64,000 bases of DNA from contig JACFNV010000001.1 in the NCBI GenBank assembly GCA_019454675.1, positions 471 through 64,470 of the forward strand, read 5' to 3'. Positions 29,664 through 39,084 of this stretch are shown here, piece by piece. Position 1 is the stretch's first letter. The number at the start of each line of letters is the position of its first letter. Source of the stretch: Gammaproteobacteria bacterium (GTDB lineage Bacteria; Pseudomonadota; Gammaproteobacteria; Steroidobacterales; GCA-2729495). A program made the position numbers and the translations under genes. The notes beneath the pieces were generated by a model. That model was given only the letters and a program-made list of their open reading frames with translations. It was not told the DNA's origin and ran no database searches.

Positions 29664-29881
29664 TTAAAATAGGGTATTGTTATACACGGCGTCGGGCGGC
29701 ACAACAAGCAAAGCATGCAATCCGGGTGCCCCCTTTCCTGCAGCCGGCACCCAGTGTCACGGCAATCCGGACCGGCCCGGTCCGGCATGATAGGGAAGAT
29801 GATTGGCGTTGTCCTGCCCGCGACAGTCCTGCGCGGCAGCGACGACATGACGGATACAAACAGCTCTGGAAGGAATTGCAC

Positions 29882-31096
29882 ATGAGCACGGGAACCGGGA
29901 AGACGCCAGGCCCACTGGCCGGACTGCGGGTAATCGAGATGGGCACGCTGCTGGCCGGCCCGTTCTGCGGGCAGCTGCTGGGCGACTTCGGCGCCGAAAT
30001 CATCAAGATCGAACCTCCCGGGCAGGGCGACCCGATGCGCGACTGGGGCCGCGAGAAGGCGCACGGCATGTCGCTGTGGTGGCCGGTGATCGCGCGCAAC
30101 AAGAAATCCGTGACGCTGAACCTGCGTGAAGCCGAGGGCCAGGCGATCGCCCGCTCGCTGATCGGCCAGGCCGATTTCCTGCTGGAGAACTTCCGGCCCG
30201 GCACGATGGAAAAATGGGGCCTCGGCTACGAGCAGCTGCGCCAGTCGCACCCCGGCCTGATCATGATCCGCGTGTCCGGCTACGGGCAGACCGGGCCCTA
30301 CGCCAAGCGTGCCGGCTTCGGCGCCGTCGGCGAGGCCATGGGCGGCCTGCGCTATGTCTGCGGCGACCCGTCCACGCCGCCGAGCCGCATGGGCATCAGC
30401 ATCGGCGACTCGCTGGCAGCCACCTTCGCCTGCATCGGCGCGCTGGCCGCGCTGCATCACCGCGAAAAGACCGGCCAGGGGCAGATCGTCGACTCGGCGA
30501 TCTACGAGGCCGTGCTCAACATGATGGAGTCGCTCATCACCGAGTACGACAAGGCCGGCTACATCCGCGAGCGCACCGGCGCCATCCTGCCGAACGTCGC
30601 GCCGTCCAATGTCTACCCCACCAGCGACAAGCAGTTCATCCTGATCGCGGCCAACCAGGACACCGTCTTCAGGCGGCTGGCGGAGACCATGGGCAAGCCT
30701 GAGCTTGCCACCGATCCGCGCTATGCCAGCCACTCCTCGCGCGGTGCGCACCAGAAGGAGCTCGACGACCTGATTGCCGAGTGGACCCGCACCATCACCT
30801 CCGACCAGCTGGAGAAGCTGATGGAGGAGTCCGGCATTCCCTCCGGCAGGATCTATCGCACGCCGGAGATGCTCGAGGATGCGCACTTCAAGGCGCGCCA
30901 GGCGATCATCAGCGTGGTGCACCCGCGCTTCGGCGAGCTGAAGATGCAGAACGTGGCGCCCAAGCTGAGCTCGACGCCGGGCACCATCCGCAGCCCGGCT
31001 CCCGACCTGGGCGAGCACAACCAGGAGGTGTACCGCAAGCTGCTCGGCTTCTCCGAAGAGCGGATGGCCGAGCTGCAGAACGCCGGGATCATCTGA
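29882..31096 (+). CDS. Family III CoA-transferase (CaiB/BaiF)
   Basis: GPLAGLRVIE, AGPFCGQLLGDFGAE-IKIE, RNKKSVTLNL, ENFRPG, SGYGQTGP, GDSLA (catalytic Asp). Confidence 0.93.
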   Translation: MSTGTGKTPGPLAGLRVIEMGTLLAGPFCGQLLGDFGAEIIKIEPPGQGDPMRDWGREKAHGMSLWWPVIARNKKSVTLNLREAEGQAIARSLIGQADFLLENFRPGTMEKWGLGYEQLRQSHPGLIMIRVSGYGQTGPYAKRAGFGAVGEAMGGLRYVCGDPSTPPSRMGISIGDSLAATFACIGALAALHHREKTGQGQIVDSAIYEAVLNMMESLITEYDKAGYIRERTGAILPNVAPSNVYPTSDKQFILIAANQDTVFRRLAETMGKPELATDPRYASHSSRGAHQKELDDLIAEWTRTITSDQLEKLMEESGIPSGRIYRTPEMLEDAHFKARQAIISVVHPRFGELKMQNVAPKLSSTPGTIRSPAPDLGEHNQEVYRKLLGFSEERMAELQNAGII

Positions 31097-31951
31097 GTGA
31101 CCGCCGCCGCAGCAGCCGGTCCGCTGATCGGGCCGATCACCGGCGTCACCATCTGCACGCCCGTGCTCGAGGCCAGCGAGGCCGCCTATGTGCAGCATCT
31201 GCGCTACCGCGTCACCCGGCGCGGGACCATCAGCGCCGCACAGGCCGCACTCTGGCAACGGCCCGCCGTTGCCGGGGCGCGCTATGTGGCGCTCAGCCCC
31301 GCGGCCGCAGATGATTTCGAGTTCCGCCTGATCGAAAGCCGCCCGCCGGCGGGCAGCTACCGGGCCTTTGCGCACCATGGCTGGAACGCCGCCGAACTCA
31401 TCGTCCAGGATGTGGATGCGCTGGCTGCCGAACTGGCCGACAGCCCTTTCCAGATCATCGGGCCACCCCAGGACCTGTCCTTCGCCGAGGACATCCGCGC
31501 CATGCAGCTGCGCGGGCCGGCCGGGGAGATCATCTACCTGACCCAGTTCAAGCGGGAGCTGCCGGAGCTGCCTGCCCCGCCTGCCCGCTGCGCCATCGAC
31601 CGGGTCTTCATCATGATCGTTACCGGGCCTTCGCTCGATGGCCTGCTGGACTTCTACAGCGAGCGTTTTGCCATCCCCCGACCGCAGCCCATGCAGTCGC
31701 GGGTGAAGGTCATGTCGGAGGTTTTCGGCCTTTCGCCCGAGGAGCGCTACCGGATTGCGGCGGTGCCCGTCCGCGGACGCTGCTACATCGAGGCCGACCA
31801 GATGCCGGCGGCCGCGCGCCCTCCCGAAGCCTCGCCGGATGCGCTGCCGCCGGGCATCGCCATCGTCAGCTTTCGCCAGCAGGAGGGCGGCGAGCCCCGC
31901 TGCCTCACCGGAGCCGCAGGGGAAATCATCGAACTCACGCCGGCCGGATAG
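31097..31951 (+). CDS. VOC/glyoxalase-like hypothetical protein
   Basis: GTG immediately after the caiB stop; GW-AAELIVQDVD and GPAGEIIYL suggest beta-alpha-beta-beta-beta repeats. Confidence 0.6.
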   Translation: MTAAAAAGPLIGPITGVTICTPVLEASEAAYVQHLRYRVTRRGTISAAQAALWQRPAVAGARYVALSPAAADDFEFRLIESRPPAGSYRAFAHHGWNAAELIVQDVDALAAELADSPFQIIGPPQDLSFAEDIRAMQLRGPAGEIIYLTQFKRELPELPAPPARCAIDRVFIMIVTGPSLDGLLDFYSERFAIPRPQPMQSRVKVMSEVFGLSPEERYRIAAVPVRGRCYIEADQMPAAARPPEASPDALPPGIAIVSFRQQEGGEPRCLTGAAGEIIELTPAG

Positions 31952-32014
31952 CCGCAGGCAGACCCGGCGACGGGCACAGAAGCCGGAAAATCCGGCATAT
32001 CAAAAACCGCTGAA

Positions 32015-32027
32015 TATCAGGTAATTG
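32015..32027 (+). promoter_or_regulatory. IHF consensus match (TATCAGgtaaTTG)
   Basis: Exact match to WATCARNNNNTTR within an AT-rich intergenic patch. Confidence 0.4.
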
Positions 32028-32091
32028 AGCATGAAAACTGATGTTTTTCATGATGGCATGATATGCCTGCGCGGGGGAGGAACACCACGGT

Positions 32092-32412
32092 TCAGTCCCT
32101 GTTGTCGGCAACCTGAAGCTCCAGCCCGTCGAGGCTGTCGGTGATCTCGATCTGGCAGGTGAGGCGGCTGTTCGGCCGGCGGTCTCGCGCCGAATCGAGC
32201 ATGGCATCCTCCATGTCGCTCAGCGGAGGCAATCGTTCCAGCCATTCGTCGGCAATGTAGGCATGACAGGTGGCGCAGGCACAGGCCCCGCCACATTCGG
32301 CGACGATTCCCTCGATGTCATGGTCAAGGGCGGCTTCCATGACCGTGGTTCCGGGGGCAACCTCGACTTCGCGTCGCAGGCCCTCGATGTCGTGATAGAT
32401 GACTCGTGGCAT
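32092..32412 (-). CDS. fdx: 2Fe-2S ferredoxin, adrenodoxin/putidaredoxin type
   Basis: ECGGACACATCH and SRLTCQI; start MPRVIY. Confidence 0.93.
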   Translation of the reverse strand: MPRVIYHDIEGLRREVEVAPGTTVMEAALDHDIEGIVAECGGACACATCHAYIADEWLERLPPLSDMEDAMLDSARDRRPNSRLTCQIEITDSLDGLELQVADNRD

Positions 32413-32470
32413 GTTTCGGTTCTCGTACGTCGCTGCAGACCAAGCGTACCCGGCCCTGCGGGCGGGTCCA

Positions 32471-32502
32471 AAGAAAAAGGCCGCCACCAGCCGGTGGCGG
32501 CC
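32471..32502 (-). terminator. Rho-independent terminator after the TPR gene
   Basis: ggccgccacc-4 nt-ggtggcggcc 10-bp stem followed on the minus strand by TTTTTCTT. Confidence 0.8.
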
Positions 32503-32552
32503 CGGGAATGTGAAGAAGCTCCTCGTGCCTCCGGGGTATCGGCCATCCGGCT

Positions 32553-33797
32553 CTAGGCGGCACCGGCACCGGTCTTGGCGACGATCGTCCACAGGCGCGC
32601 CAGGTCGACCATCTGCGGATCTTCCTTGACTCCTCCGAAGGCCTTGAGGGCATCCGCCTTCTTGCCGAGCTTGAGATTGGCTATGCCCAGCATGATGCGG
32701 GTCTGGTCGGGGTCGCGGATCTCCCCCTTCTCGAGGCCCTTGTTGAGTGCGACTGCAGCCTTCTCGTACTGGCCGAAGCTGGAGTAGGCCATGCCGAGCG
32801 CCACATCGCCCTGCCCGGTCTTGATCTTGGCCGCGTCCTTTTCGGTTTGCGGCAGGGCATTGAGGTCCTTGGTGGCAGCGATCCGGGCATCTTCCAGTCG
32901 ACGCTGGTAGCGATCGGCACGCGTCTTGTCGATCGAGTCCAGAACCTTGGCCGAGTAACCCGCCTCGAGGACGCTGCGCGCCTCGCCCGGCAGGCCCGCC
33001 TCGAGCAGCAATTCGGCCATCTCGAGATACTGGTCGGCCGAACGCAGCGTGCCGACCTGCTGCGCGAGACGATAGGTGTTGAGCAGGACCCGGTCGCTGC
33101 TGCGCTGGTTGAGACGGGTCACCAGCAGGTCATGCCAGTACTCGGGCTTCGGGTTGATCTTCACCAGCTTCTCGAGGGTATTCGCGGCAGCATCCGTGTC
33201 GCCCAGCTTGGTCTGCGCACTGCGGATGAGCTGGAGCCAGTTCTCGTCGGGCGTCTTGCCTGCCCGCTCGGTGCTGGCGACCGCCTCCTGCATGATGCTG
33301 ATGGCTTCCTTGTTGTGGTTCTGGATGTAATGGGCCTGGCCCACCAATACCTTGATATCCACGTCCTGGCCACCCGCCTTCATCCAGCGCTCACCGAATT
33401 CGATGACCTTCGGATAGTTCTTCGCCGCGGTGTTGAGCTGCGTCAGCACCTTCAGCCTCTCGGTGACCTGGTCGGCAGGCGTCTTCCCCGAAGCGAGGTT
33501 GGCCTCGTAGAGGCGGGCCACATCGGGGTATTTCCGCTGCTGGAGGTAGATGTAGGCCTTGAACTCGTTGATCTGGTACTGGTCGAAGGCGGTCTTGCCG
33601 CTGATGCCATCCGCCTCGGTCAGCTTGGCCAGCGCCTGATCCCACTGCTTCTTCTGCAGTGCTTCCTGAGCCGCCTTCATCGGCTTGGCAACCTTGGCGC
33701 TGATCTTCTCCTGGGCGACGGACTGGCCGGCGACCAGCAGGCTGCTGACTGCTACCAGAATGGCCGCAACAGCACGAAATGATGCTTTTGCTCGCAT
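32553..33797 (-). CDS. Exported tetratricopeptide-repeat protein
   Basis: Signal-peptide-like N-terminus (..AGQSVA|QE) and repeated helical A-L-A-Y TPR-like units. Confidence 0.8.
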   Translation of the reverse strand: MRAKASFRAVAAILVAVSSLLVAGQSVAQEKISAKVAKPMKAAQEALQKKQWDQALAKLTEADGISGKTAFDQYQINEFKAYIYLQQRKYPDVARLYEANLASGKTPADQVTERLKVLTQLNTAAKNYPKVIEFGERWMKAGGQDVDIKVLVGQAHYIQNHNKEAISIMQEAVASTERAGKTPDENWLQLIRSAQTKLGDTDAAANTLEKLVKINPKPEYWHDLLVTRLNQRSSDRVLLNTYRLAQQVGTLRSADQYLEMAELLLEAGLPGEARSVLEAGYSAKVLDSIDKTRADRYQRRLEDARIAATKDLNALPQTEKDAAKIKTGQGDVALGMAYSSFGQYEKAAVALNKGLEKGEIRDPDQTRIMLGIANLKLGKKADALKAFGGVKEDPQMVDLARLWTIVAKTGAGAA

Positions 33798-33880
33798 GGT
33801 GGTGGATCCCTCCTCAAGGCGTTACAGGGCTTTAGACAACGTCCAGCCCCAAAGTTGCGCGCAAGCTGTGCGGGCGCGGA

Positions 33881-34303
33881 TCAGTCGGCAAACTGCTCCA
33901 TGCCGACGAAACCGATCTTGTTGACGCCCTGGCGCTGTGCCAGCGCCAGCACCTTGGCGACGGTGTCGTATTTGGCGCGCTTGTTGGCCCGGATATGCAG
34001 CTCGGGCTGCGGCTCTTTCATGCCTTCCTGATGGAAGTACTGCTCGAGGGTGCCGAGCCCCGGAACGACGGTCTGGTTCCAGAGGATGGTCCCGTCGTAG
34101 TCGATCTCCAGCTCGATGACTTCAGGCGGCAGCGGCGGCTCGATCACATTCGGGTTGGGGCGCGGCATGTCCAGCTTGACCGCATGGGTCATGATGGGAA
34201 TGGTGACGATGAACATGATGAGGAGCACCAGCAGGACGTCGATCAACGGCGTCATGTTGATGTCCAGCATCGGGTCGGCGTCTTCCTGTAGCTTTACTGC
34301 CAT
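33881..34303 (-). CDS. exbD: Biopolymer transport protein ExbD (copy 2)
   Basis: INMTPLIDVLLVLLIMFIVT; PELHIRA. Confidence 0.92.
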   Translation of the reverse strand: MAVKLQEDADPMLDINMTPLIDVLLVLLIMFIVTIPIMTHAVKLDMPRPNPNVIEPPLPPEVIELEIDYDGTILWNQTVVPGLGTLEQYFHQEGMKEPQPELHIRANKRAKYDTVAKVLALAQRQGVNKIGFVGMEQFAD

Positions 34304-34342
34304 GTGTGCAATTTCTCCGTCCGGAAGGCGTCGCTGCCGGTG

Positions 34343-34771
34343 CTAGCGCAGGCCGCGGTCAGGTTCGGTGATGAAGCCGATCTTGACGACGCCGCCACGC
34401 TGGATCAGGTAGATGACACGGCCGATCGAGGCGAACCTTGCCTGGACATCGCCGCGGATGTGGATTTCAGGCTGTGGTTCCTGCACCGCCACCGACTTGA
34501 CGAGGTCCAGCAGGGCCTGGTCATTGGGCACCCGCGACTGGTTCCAGAACACATCACCGTTGGCATTGATCGCCACGGTGATGTTTTCCGGCTTGGTCTT
34601 GGTCGGCTGGTTGGCTACCTGCGGCAGGTCGACCTTGACCGTCTGCGTGATCACCGGGATGGTGATCAGGAAGATGATCAGCATCACCAACATGACGTCC
34701 ACGAGGGGCACCACGTTGATGTCCGACATCGCCTTGCCTTCGCCGGACTCCCCCGGGACCGTCATGCCCAT
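34343..34771 (-). CDS. exbD: Biopolymer transport protein ExbD (copy 1)
   Basis: SDINVVPLVDVMLVMLIIFLIT; KVDLP; PEIHIRGD. Confidence 0.93.
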   Translation of the reverse strand: MGMTVPGESGEGKAMSDINVVPLVDVMLVMLIIFLITIPVITQTVKVDLPQVANQPTKTKPENITVAINANGDVFWNQSRVPNDQALLDLVKSVAVQEPQPEIHIRGDVQARFASIGRVIYLIQRGGVVKIGFITEPDRGLR

Positions 34772-34772
34772 G

Positions 34773-35678
34773 TTACTTGCCCTGCGCGCCCGGGTTGCCG
34801 ATGAGGTACTGCTCGATGTCGCCGGTGAAGTAGCGCAGCTGCTCGATCAGCGTCCTGTTCCGGCGCAGCAGCCAGTTGTAGCCGAGCACCGCGGGAACCG
34901 CCACCACCAGGCCGATCGCGGTCATGATCAGCGCCTCGCCCACCGGACCCGCCACCTTGTCGATGCTGGCCTGGCCGGCCACGCCGATGGCGATCAGCGC
35001 GTGGTAGATGCCCCAGACCGTGCCGAACAGCCCGACGAAGGGTGCGGTCGAACCGGCGGTGGCAAGGAAGGACAGGCCGCTTTGCAGGTTGTTGACCACC
35101 TTCTCCAGCGCGCGATGCAGCGTCAGGCTGATCCACTCGTTGCGCGGGATGCGGTCGGTGATGCGCCCGTCGTGCTGGCGGGAGGCACGGATGCCTTCCT
35201 CCGCGATGATGCGGAAGGTATTGGCCGGGTCGCTGATGGTGCCCACGCCATCCTCGAGGCTCTTGACCGACCAGAAGCTCTCGTCGACCTGGTTGAACTG
35301 GCGGCGCAGCCGCGACTGGTCCCAGAGCTTGGTGAGGATGATGAACCACGAGACGAAGGACATCAGCACCAGGATGATCAGCGTGCCACGGGCCACGAAG
35401 TCGCCCTGGCTCCACAGCTGGTTCAGGCCGTAGGGATTTTCCGGGGCGCCGGCATCGTCCATGCCGCCGGTACGCGGCACGTCCGGCGTGGCCTCTGCGG
35501 CGGCGGGGGTTGCATTTTCGAGGGCTTCGAAGCTGTCGAAGCCCGCCCCGGGCGATGCGCCCTCCTCGCCCTGCAAGGCGGTAGCTGCCGCGGCATCCGG
35601 ATTGGCCGGAGCCGGTGCGGTCGCCGGCTGCTGGGCTGCCAGAGCAATGCTCAGAGCAAGAGCTGCTAGTTCAACCAT
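34773..35678 (-). CDS. exbB: ExbB (MotA/TolQ family) with N-terminal extension
   Basis: LATAGSTAPFVGLFGTVWGIY-AL, V-GPVGEALIMTAIGL-VAVPAV. Confidence 0.93.
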   Translation of the reverse strand: MVELAALALSIALAAQQPATAPAPANPDAAAATALQGEEGASPGAGFDSFEALENATPAAAEATPDVPRTGGMDDAGAPENPYGLNQLWSQGDFVARGTLIILVLMSFVSWFIILTKLWDQSRLRRQFNQVDESFWSVKSLEDGVGTISDPANTFRIIAEEGIRASRQHDGRITDRIPRNEWISLTLHRALEKVVNNLQSGLSFLATAGSTAPFVGLFGTVWGIYHALIAIGVAGQASIDKVAGPVGEALIMTAIGLVVAVPAVLGYNWLLRRNRTLIEQLRYFTGDIEQYLIGNPGAQGK

Positions 35679-35771
35679 GGTGCAATCATCCCCTCAGTCA
35701 ATTGCTTCAAAAAAACTGGATGTAACGCCCCTCGGGCCACGACACGGCGGCCCCCCGGGTCTGTCTTCAGA

Positions 35772-36416
35772 TCATCTTTTCGGTATTTTCCACACGACGC
35801 GGACTTCCATCCACATGGCCACCGGCTTGCCGTCCTCGGTGCCCGGCTTGACCCGCCAGCGCTTGAGCTTCCTCAGTGCCACGCTGTCCAGCCGCTCGTA
35901 GCCGCTGCTCTTGCCGATCTGGACATCGCCGATGCTGCCGTTCTCCAGCACCCACAGACGCACGGTGGTGACACCCTCTTCACCGAGTCGTGCCGACTGT
36001 GGCGGATAGTCGTCATCGGAAATGGGCATGGGCCTGCGCGGGTCAGCGCTTGGTTGCACTCGCACAACAGCAGCTGGCGGCGGTGGCGGCGGCGGCCTGA
36101 CCACCGGCTTCTGGGTGGTGGCCGTGATTGCCGTGGTGGTGGTCGAGGTTTCGATCGGCAGATCGATGGCGATGTCCGGCGGCGGCACGAAGGGCGGCGG
36201 CGCGGTCTCGATCTTCGGCGGCGGTGGTGGCGGCTCTTCGTCCTGGTCCTGGACGTCCTCGATCATCTTGGTCTCGATCGGACCGTAGACCATTTCCACT
36301 GCCTGATGCATGAGACCGGCGTTGAGTGCGTAGATGAAGCCCACGTGCAACAACACGATCCCGACGAATACCAGCGCCCTTCGGGACATCATGGGTGTAC
36401 TGATAGCGGCTGCCAT
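35772..36416 (-). CDS. tonB: Energy transducer TonB
   Basis: N-terminal TM with His (GIVLLHVG), Pro-rich linker, YPPQSAR-GEEG, C-terminal TonB_C domain. Confidence 0.92.
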   Translation of the reverse strand: MAAAISTPMMSRRALVFVGIVLLHVGFIYALNAGLMHQAVEMVYGPIETKMIEDVQDQDEEPPPPPPKIETAPPPFVPPPDIAIDLPIETSTTTTAITATTQKPVVRPPPPPPPAAVVRVQPSADPRRPMPISDDDYPPQSARLGEEGVTTVRLWVLENGSIGDVQIGKSSGYERLDSVALRKLKRWRVKPGTEDGKPVAMWMEVRVVWKIPKR

Positions 36417-36557
36417 ATCAACCTGGATTGTGAGTATTGTTCAGCTGTAGGGCGGTATGGTGCCGCCGGGGCGCGTATGTTGCCACAACCCCGGGGCAAA
36501 GCTCCACACTCTTGTCATGCCGGGATCCGGGCTGCCGCTGCAGCGGGCTTGTGGGAC

Positions 36558-36563
36558 TATAAT
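36558..36563 (+). promoter_or_regulatory. Candidate -10 box for the ilvE-leuCDB operon
   Basis: Perfect TATAAT in GC-rich intergenic DNA; -35 weak. Confidence 0.45.
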
Positions 36564-36718
36564 GCGCCGGGCCCGGCGGCTTGCGACCCAGCGCCGGTGC
36601 CGATGCCGCCCGGCGGCCTTTAGACCATGGCTTTCACGGTGCTGCGCTGCCGGCAGGCGCCAACGCTGCGGCTGCGGCCTGCCAGTGCCGTCACGAGTGC
36701 TTTCCAAGGATCAGAAAT

Positions 36719-37657
36719 ATGCCCATGAAGACAAGCGAGTGGATCTGGCAGAACGGCAGCTTCATGCCCTGGGCCGAGGCCCGGGTGCATGTCATGACCC
36801 ACGCCCTGCACTACGGCTCCTCGGTTTTCGAGGGGATCCGCGTCTACGCCACCCACCGCGGCCCGGTCGTCTTCCGCCTCCAGGCGCATACCCGCCGGCT
36901 GCTGGAGTCGGCGCGGATCTACCGCATCGAGGTGCCGTGGTCCGCCGCGCAGATCGATGCCGCCTGCAAGGAAGTCGTGCTGCGCAACGGCCTGGTCCGC
37001 GGTGCCTACATCCGCCCGATCATCTTCCGCTGTTACGGCGAAGTTCGCCTGGCGCCGCCGCCGGACCATCCGGTGGAGACGGCCATCGCCGCCTGGGAAT
37101 GGGGAGCCTACCTGGGTGCCGAGGCGCTCGAGCAGGGCGTGGATGTCTGCGTTTCCTCGTGGCAGCGTGCCGCTCCCAACACCCTGCCCGCCATGGCCAA
37201 GGCGGGCGGCAATTACCTCTCCAGCACGCTGATCAGCCTCGAGGCCAAGCAACGCGGCTTTGCCGAGGGCATTGCGCTGTCGACCGACGGCACCGTGAGC
37301 GAGGGTGCCGGCGAGAACATCTTCCTGGTCCGCGACGGCGTGCTCTACACCCCCCCCGCCACCGCCTCGATCCTCACCGGCATCACCCGCGACAGCATCA
37401 TGGTGCTGGCACGCCAGGCCGGCATCAGCGTCGTCGAGCAGGCGATCCCGCGCGAGATGCTCTACCTCGCCGACGAGATCTTCCTGACCGGCACCGCGGC
37501 GGAAATCACCCCGGTGCGCTCGGTGGACCGCATCAACGTGGGAGCCGGGCGGCGCGGGCCGCTGACCCGGCAGCTGCAGGAAAGCTTTTTTGGACTGTTC
37601 AATGGCAAGACCAGTGACCAGTGGGGCTGGCTTGAACCCGTGGAGAATGCCCGATGA
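36719..37657 (+). CDS. ilvE: Branched-chain amino acid aminotransferase
   Basis: [52 protein letters not shown]. Confidence 0.96.
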   Translation: MPMKTSEWIWQNGSFMPWAEARVHVMTHALHYGSSVFEGIRVYATHRGPVVFRLQAHTRRLLESARIYRIEVPWSAAQIDAACKEVVLRNGLVRGAYIRPIIFRCYGEVRLAPPPDHPVETAIAAWEWGAYLGAEALEQGVDVCVSSWQRAAPNTLPAMAKAGGNYLSSTLISLEAKQRGFAEGIALSTDGTVSEGAGENIFLVRDGVLYTPPATASILTGITRDSIMVLARQAGISVVEQAIPREMLYLADEIFLTGTAAEITPVRSVDRINVGAGRRGPLTRQLQESFFGLFNGKTSDQWGWLEPVENAR

Positions 37658-39063
37658 CTGCCCGTTCGCTGTTTGAAAAGGTCTGGGACGACCACCAGGT
37701 CGTGGCCGAGAGCGCCGACGCGCCCGCGGTGCTCTACATCGACCTGCACCTGATCCACGAGGTCACCACGCCGGAGGCCTTCACCGTGCTGAAGTCGCGC
37801 GGCCTCGCCCTGCGCCGCCCCGACCTCACGCTGGCCACGCTCGATCATTCCACGCCCACGGTGCCCATCCGCAGCCTGGCGGACCTCGACGGGCTGGTGG
37901 GCAAGGCAGCCGCCAACCAGATCCGCGTCATGATCGACAATTCGCATGACGCCGGGGTGCGCATGCTGGGCTTCGACTCCGACCAGCGCGGCATCGTGCA
38001 TGTCATCGGCCCGGAACTCGGCATCACCCAGCCGGGCATGACCATCGTCTGCGGCGACAGCCACACCAGCACCCACGGTGCCTTCGGCGCGCTGGGCTTC
38101 GGCATCGGCACCACCGAGGTCGGCCACGTGCTGGCCACCCAGTGCCTGCTGCAGCGCAAGCCCAAGACGCTGGCCGTCACCGTCAACGGGCAGCTGAACC
38201 GCGGCGTCACCGCCAAGGACATCATCCTCGGCATCATCGGCAAAATCGGCGTCAGCGGCGGCACCGGCCACGTCATCGAATACCGCGGCTCGGCCATCTC
38301 CGCGCTGTCGATGGACGAGCGCATGACCATCTGCAACATGAGCATCGAGGGTGGCGCGCGCGCGGGCATGATCGCCCCCGACGACACCACCTTCGAGTAC
38401 CTTGCCGGGCGGCCGATGGCGCCCGCGGGCGCGGCATGGGACGCGGCCGTCAGGCGCTGGCGCACGCTGCCCTCCGACCCCGATGCGCGCTTCGACCGCG
38501 AGGTCGTCCTCGATGTCGCCGAGCTGGCGCCGATGATCACCTTCGGCACCAACCCGGGCATGGTCATCCCCATCGATGCACCGGTGCCGGCCGATACCGG
38601 CAACACCAGCTTCCGCAAGTCGCTGCAGTACATGGGGGTCGATGCCGGCAAGCCCATGCTGGGGCGCGCCGTCGACGTGGTGTTCATCGGCAGCTGCACC
38701 AATGCCCGGCTGTCCGACCTGCGCCAGGCCGCCAGCATCTTTGCCGGGCGCCGGGTCAGCGACGGTGTCCGCGTCATGATCGTCCCCGGCTCGCAGGCGG
38801 TGAAGAAGCAGGCCGAGGCCGAGGGGCTCGACAGGATCTTCACCGCTGCCGGTGCGCAGTGGCGCGAGTCCGGCTGCTCGATGTGCCTGGGCATGAACGG
38901 CGATACCGTCGGCCGCGGCGAGCTGTGCGTGAGCACCAGCAACCGCAACTTCGAGGGCCGGCAGGGCATCGGCGCCCGCACCGTGCTGGCCAGCCCGCTG
39001 ACCGCCGCCGCCGCCGCGGTGACCGGCCGCATCAGCGACCCGCGCGAACTGCTCGCGTCCTAA
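37654..39063 (+). CDS. leuC: 3-isopropylmalate dehydratase large subunit
   Basis: [45 protein letters not shown]. Confidence 0.96.
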   Translation: MTARSLFEKVWDDHQVVAESADAPAVLYIDLHLIHEVTTPEAFTVLKSRGLALRRPDLTLATLDHSTPTVPIRSLADLDGLVGKAAANQIRVMIDNSHDAGVRMLGFDSDQRGIVHVIGPELGITQPGMTIVCGDSHTSTHGAFGALGFGIGTTEVGHVLATQCLLQRKPKTLAVTVNGQLNRGVTAKDIILGIIGKIGVSGGTGHVIEYRGSAISALSMDERMTICNMSIEGGARAGMIAPDDTTFEYLAGRPMAPAGAAWDAAVRRWRTLPSDPDARFDREVVLDVAELAPMITFGTNPGMVIPIDAPVPADTGNTSFRKSLQYMGVDAGKPMLGRAVDVVFIGSCTNARLSDLRQAASIFAGRRVSDGVRVMIVPGSQAVKKQAEAEGLDRIFTAAGAQWRESGCSMCLGMNGDTVGRGELCVSTSNRNFEGRQGIGARTVLASPLTAAAAAVTGRISDPRELLAS

Positions 39064-39084
39064 CCCCGACACCAGGCAGCAACC

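Noticed and set aside
25923-29672. Very long opposite-strand or alternate-frame ORFs (e.g. 1249 aa here; also 9318-12182, 49956-52916, 52396-54720, 2027-4288)
   Set aside because: Shadow ORFs of real genes in high-GC DNA; no motifs and biased composition
29662-29690. dif-like sequence (ATTTAAAATAG...TTATACAC)
   Set aside because: The XerD-like arm is 9/11 but the spacing and XerC arm do not fit, and it overlaps a start codon and promoter
36076-36240. GGC/GGT triplet repeats
   Set aside because: They encode the poly-Pro/Thr linker of TonB
36627-36728. 33-aa uORF before ilvE as a Leu/Val attenuator
   Set aside because: No run of Leu/Val/Ile codons and no terminator; it simply overlaps the ilvE start
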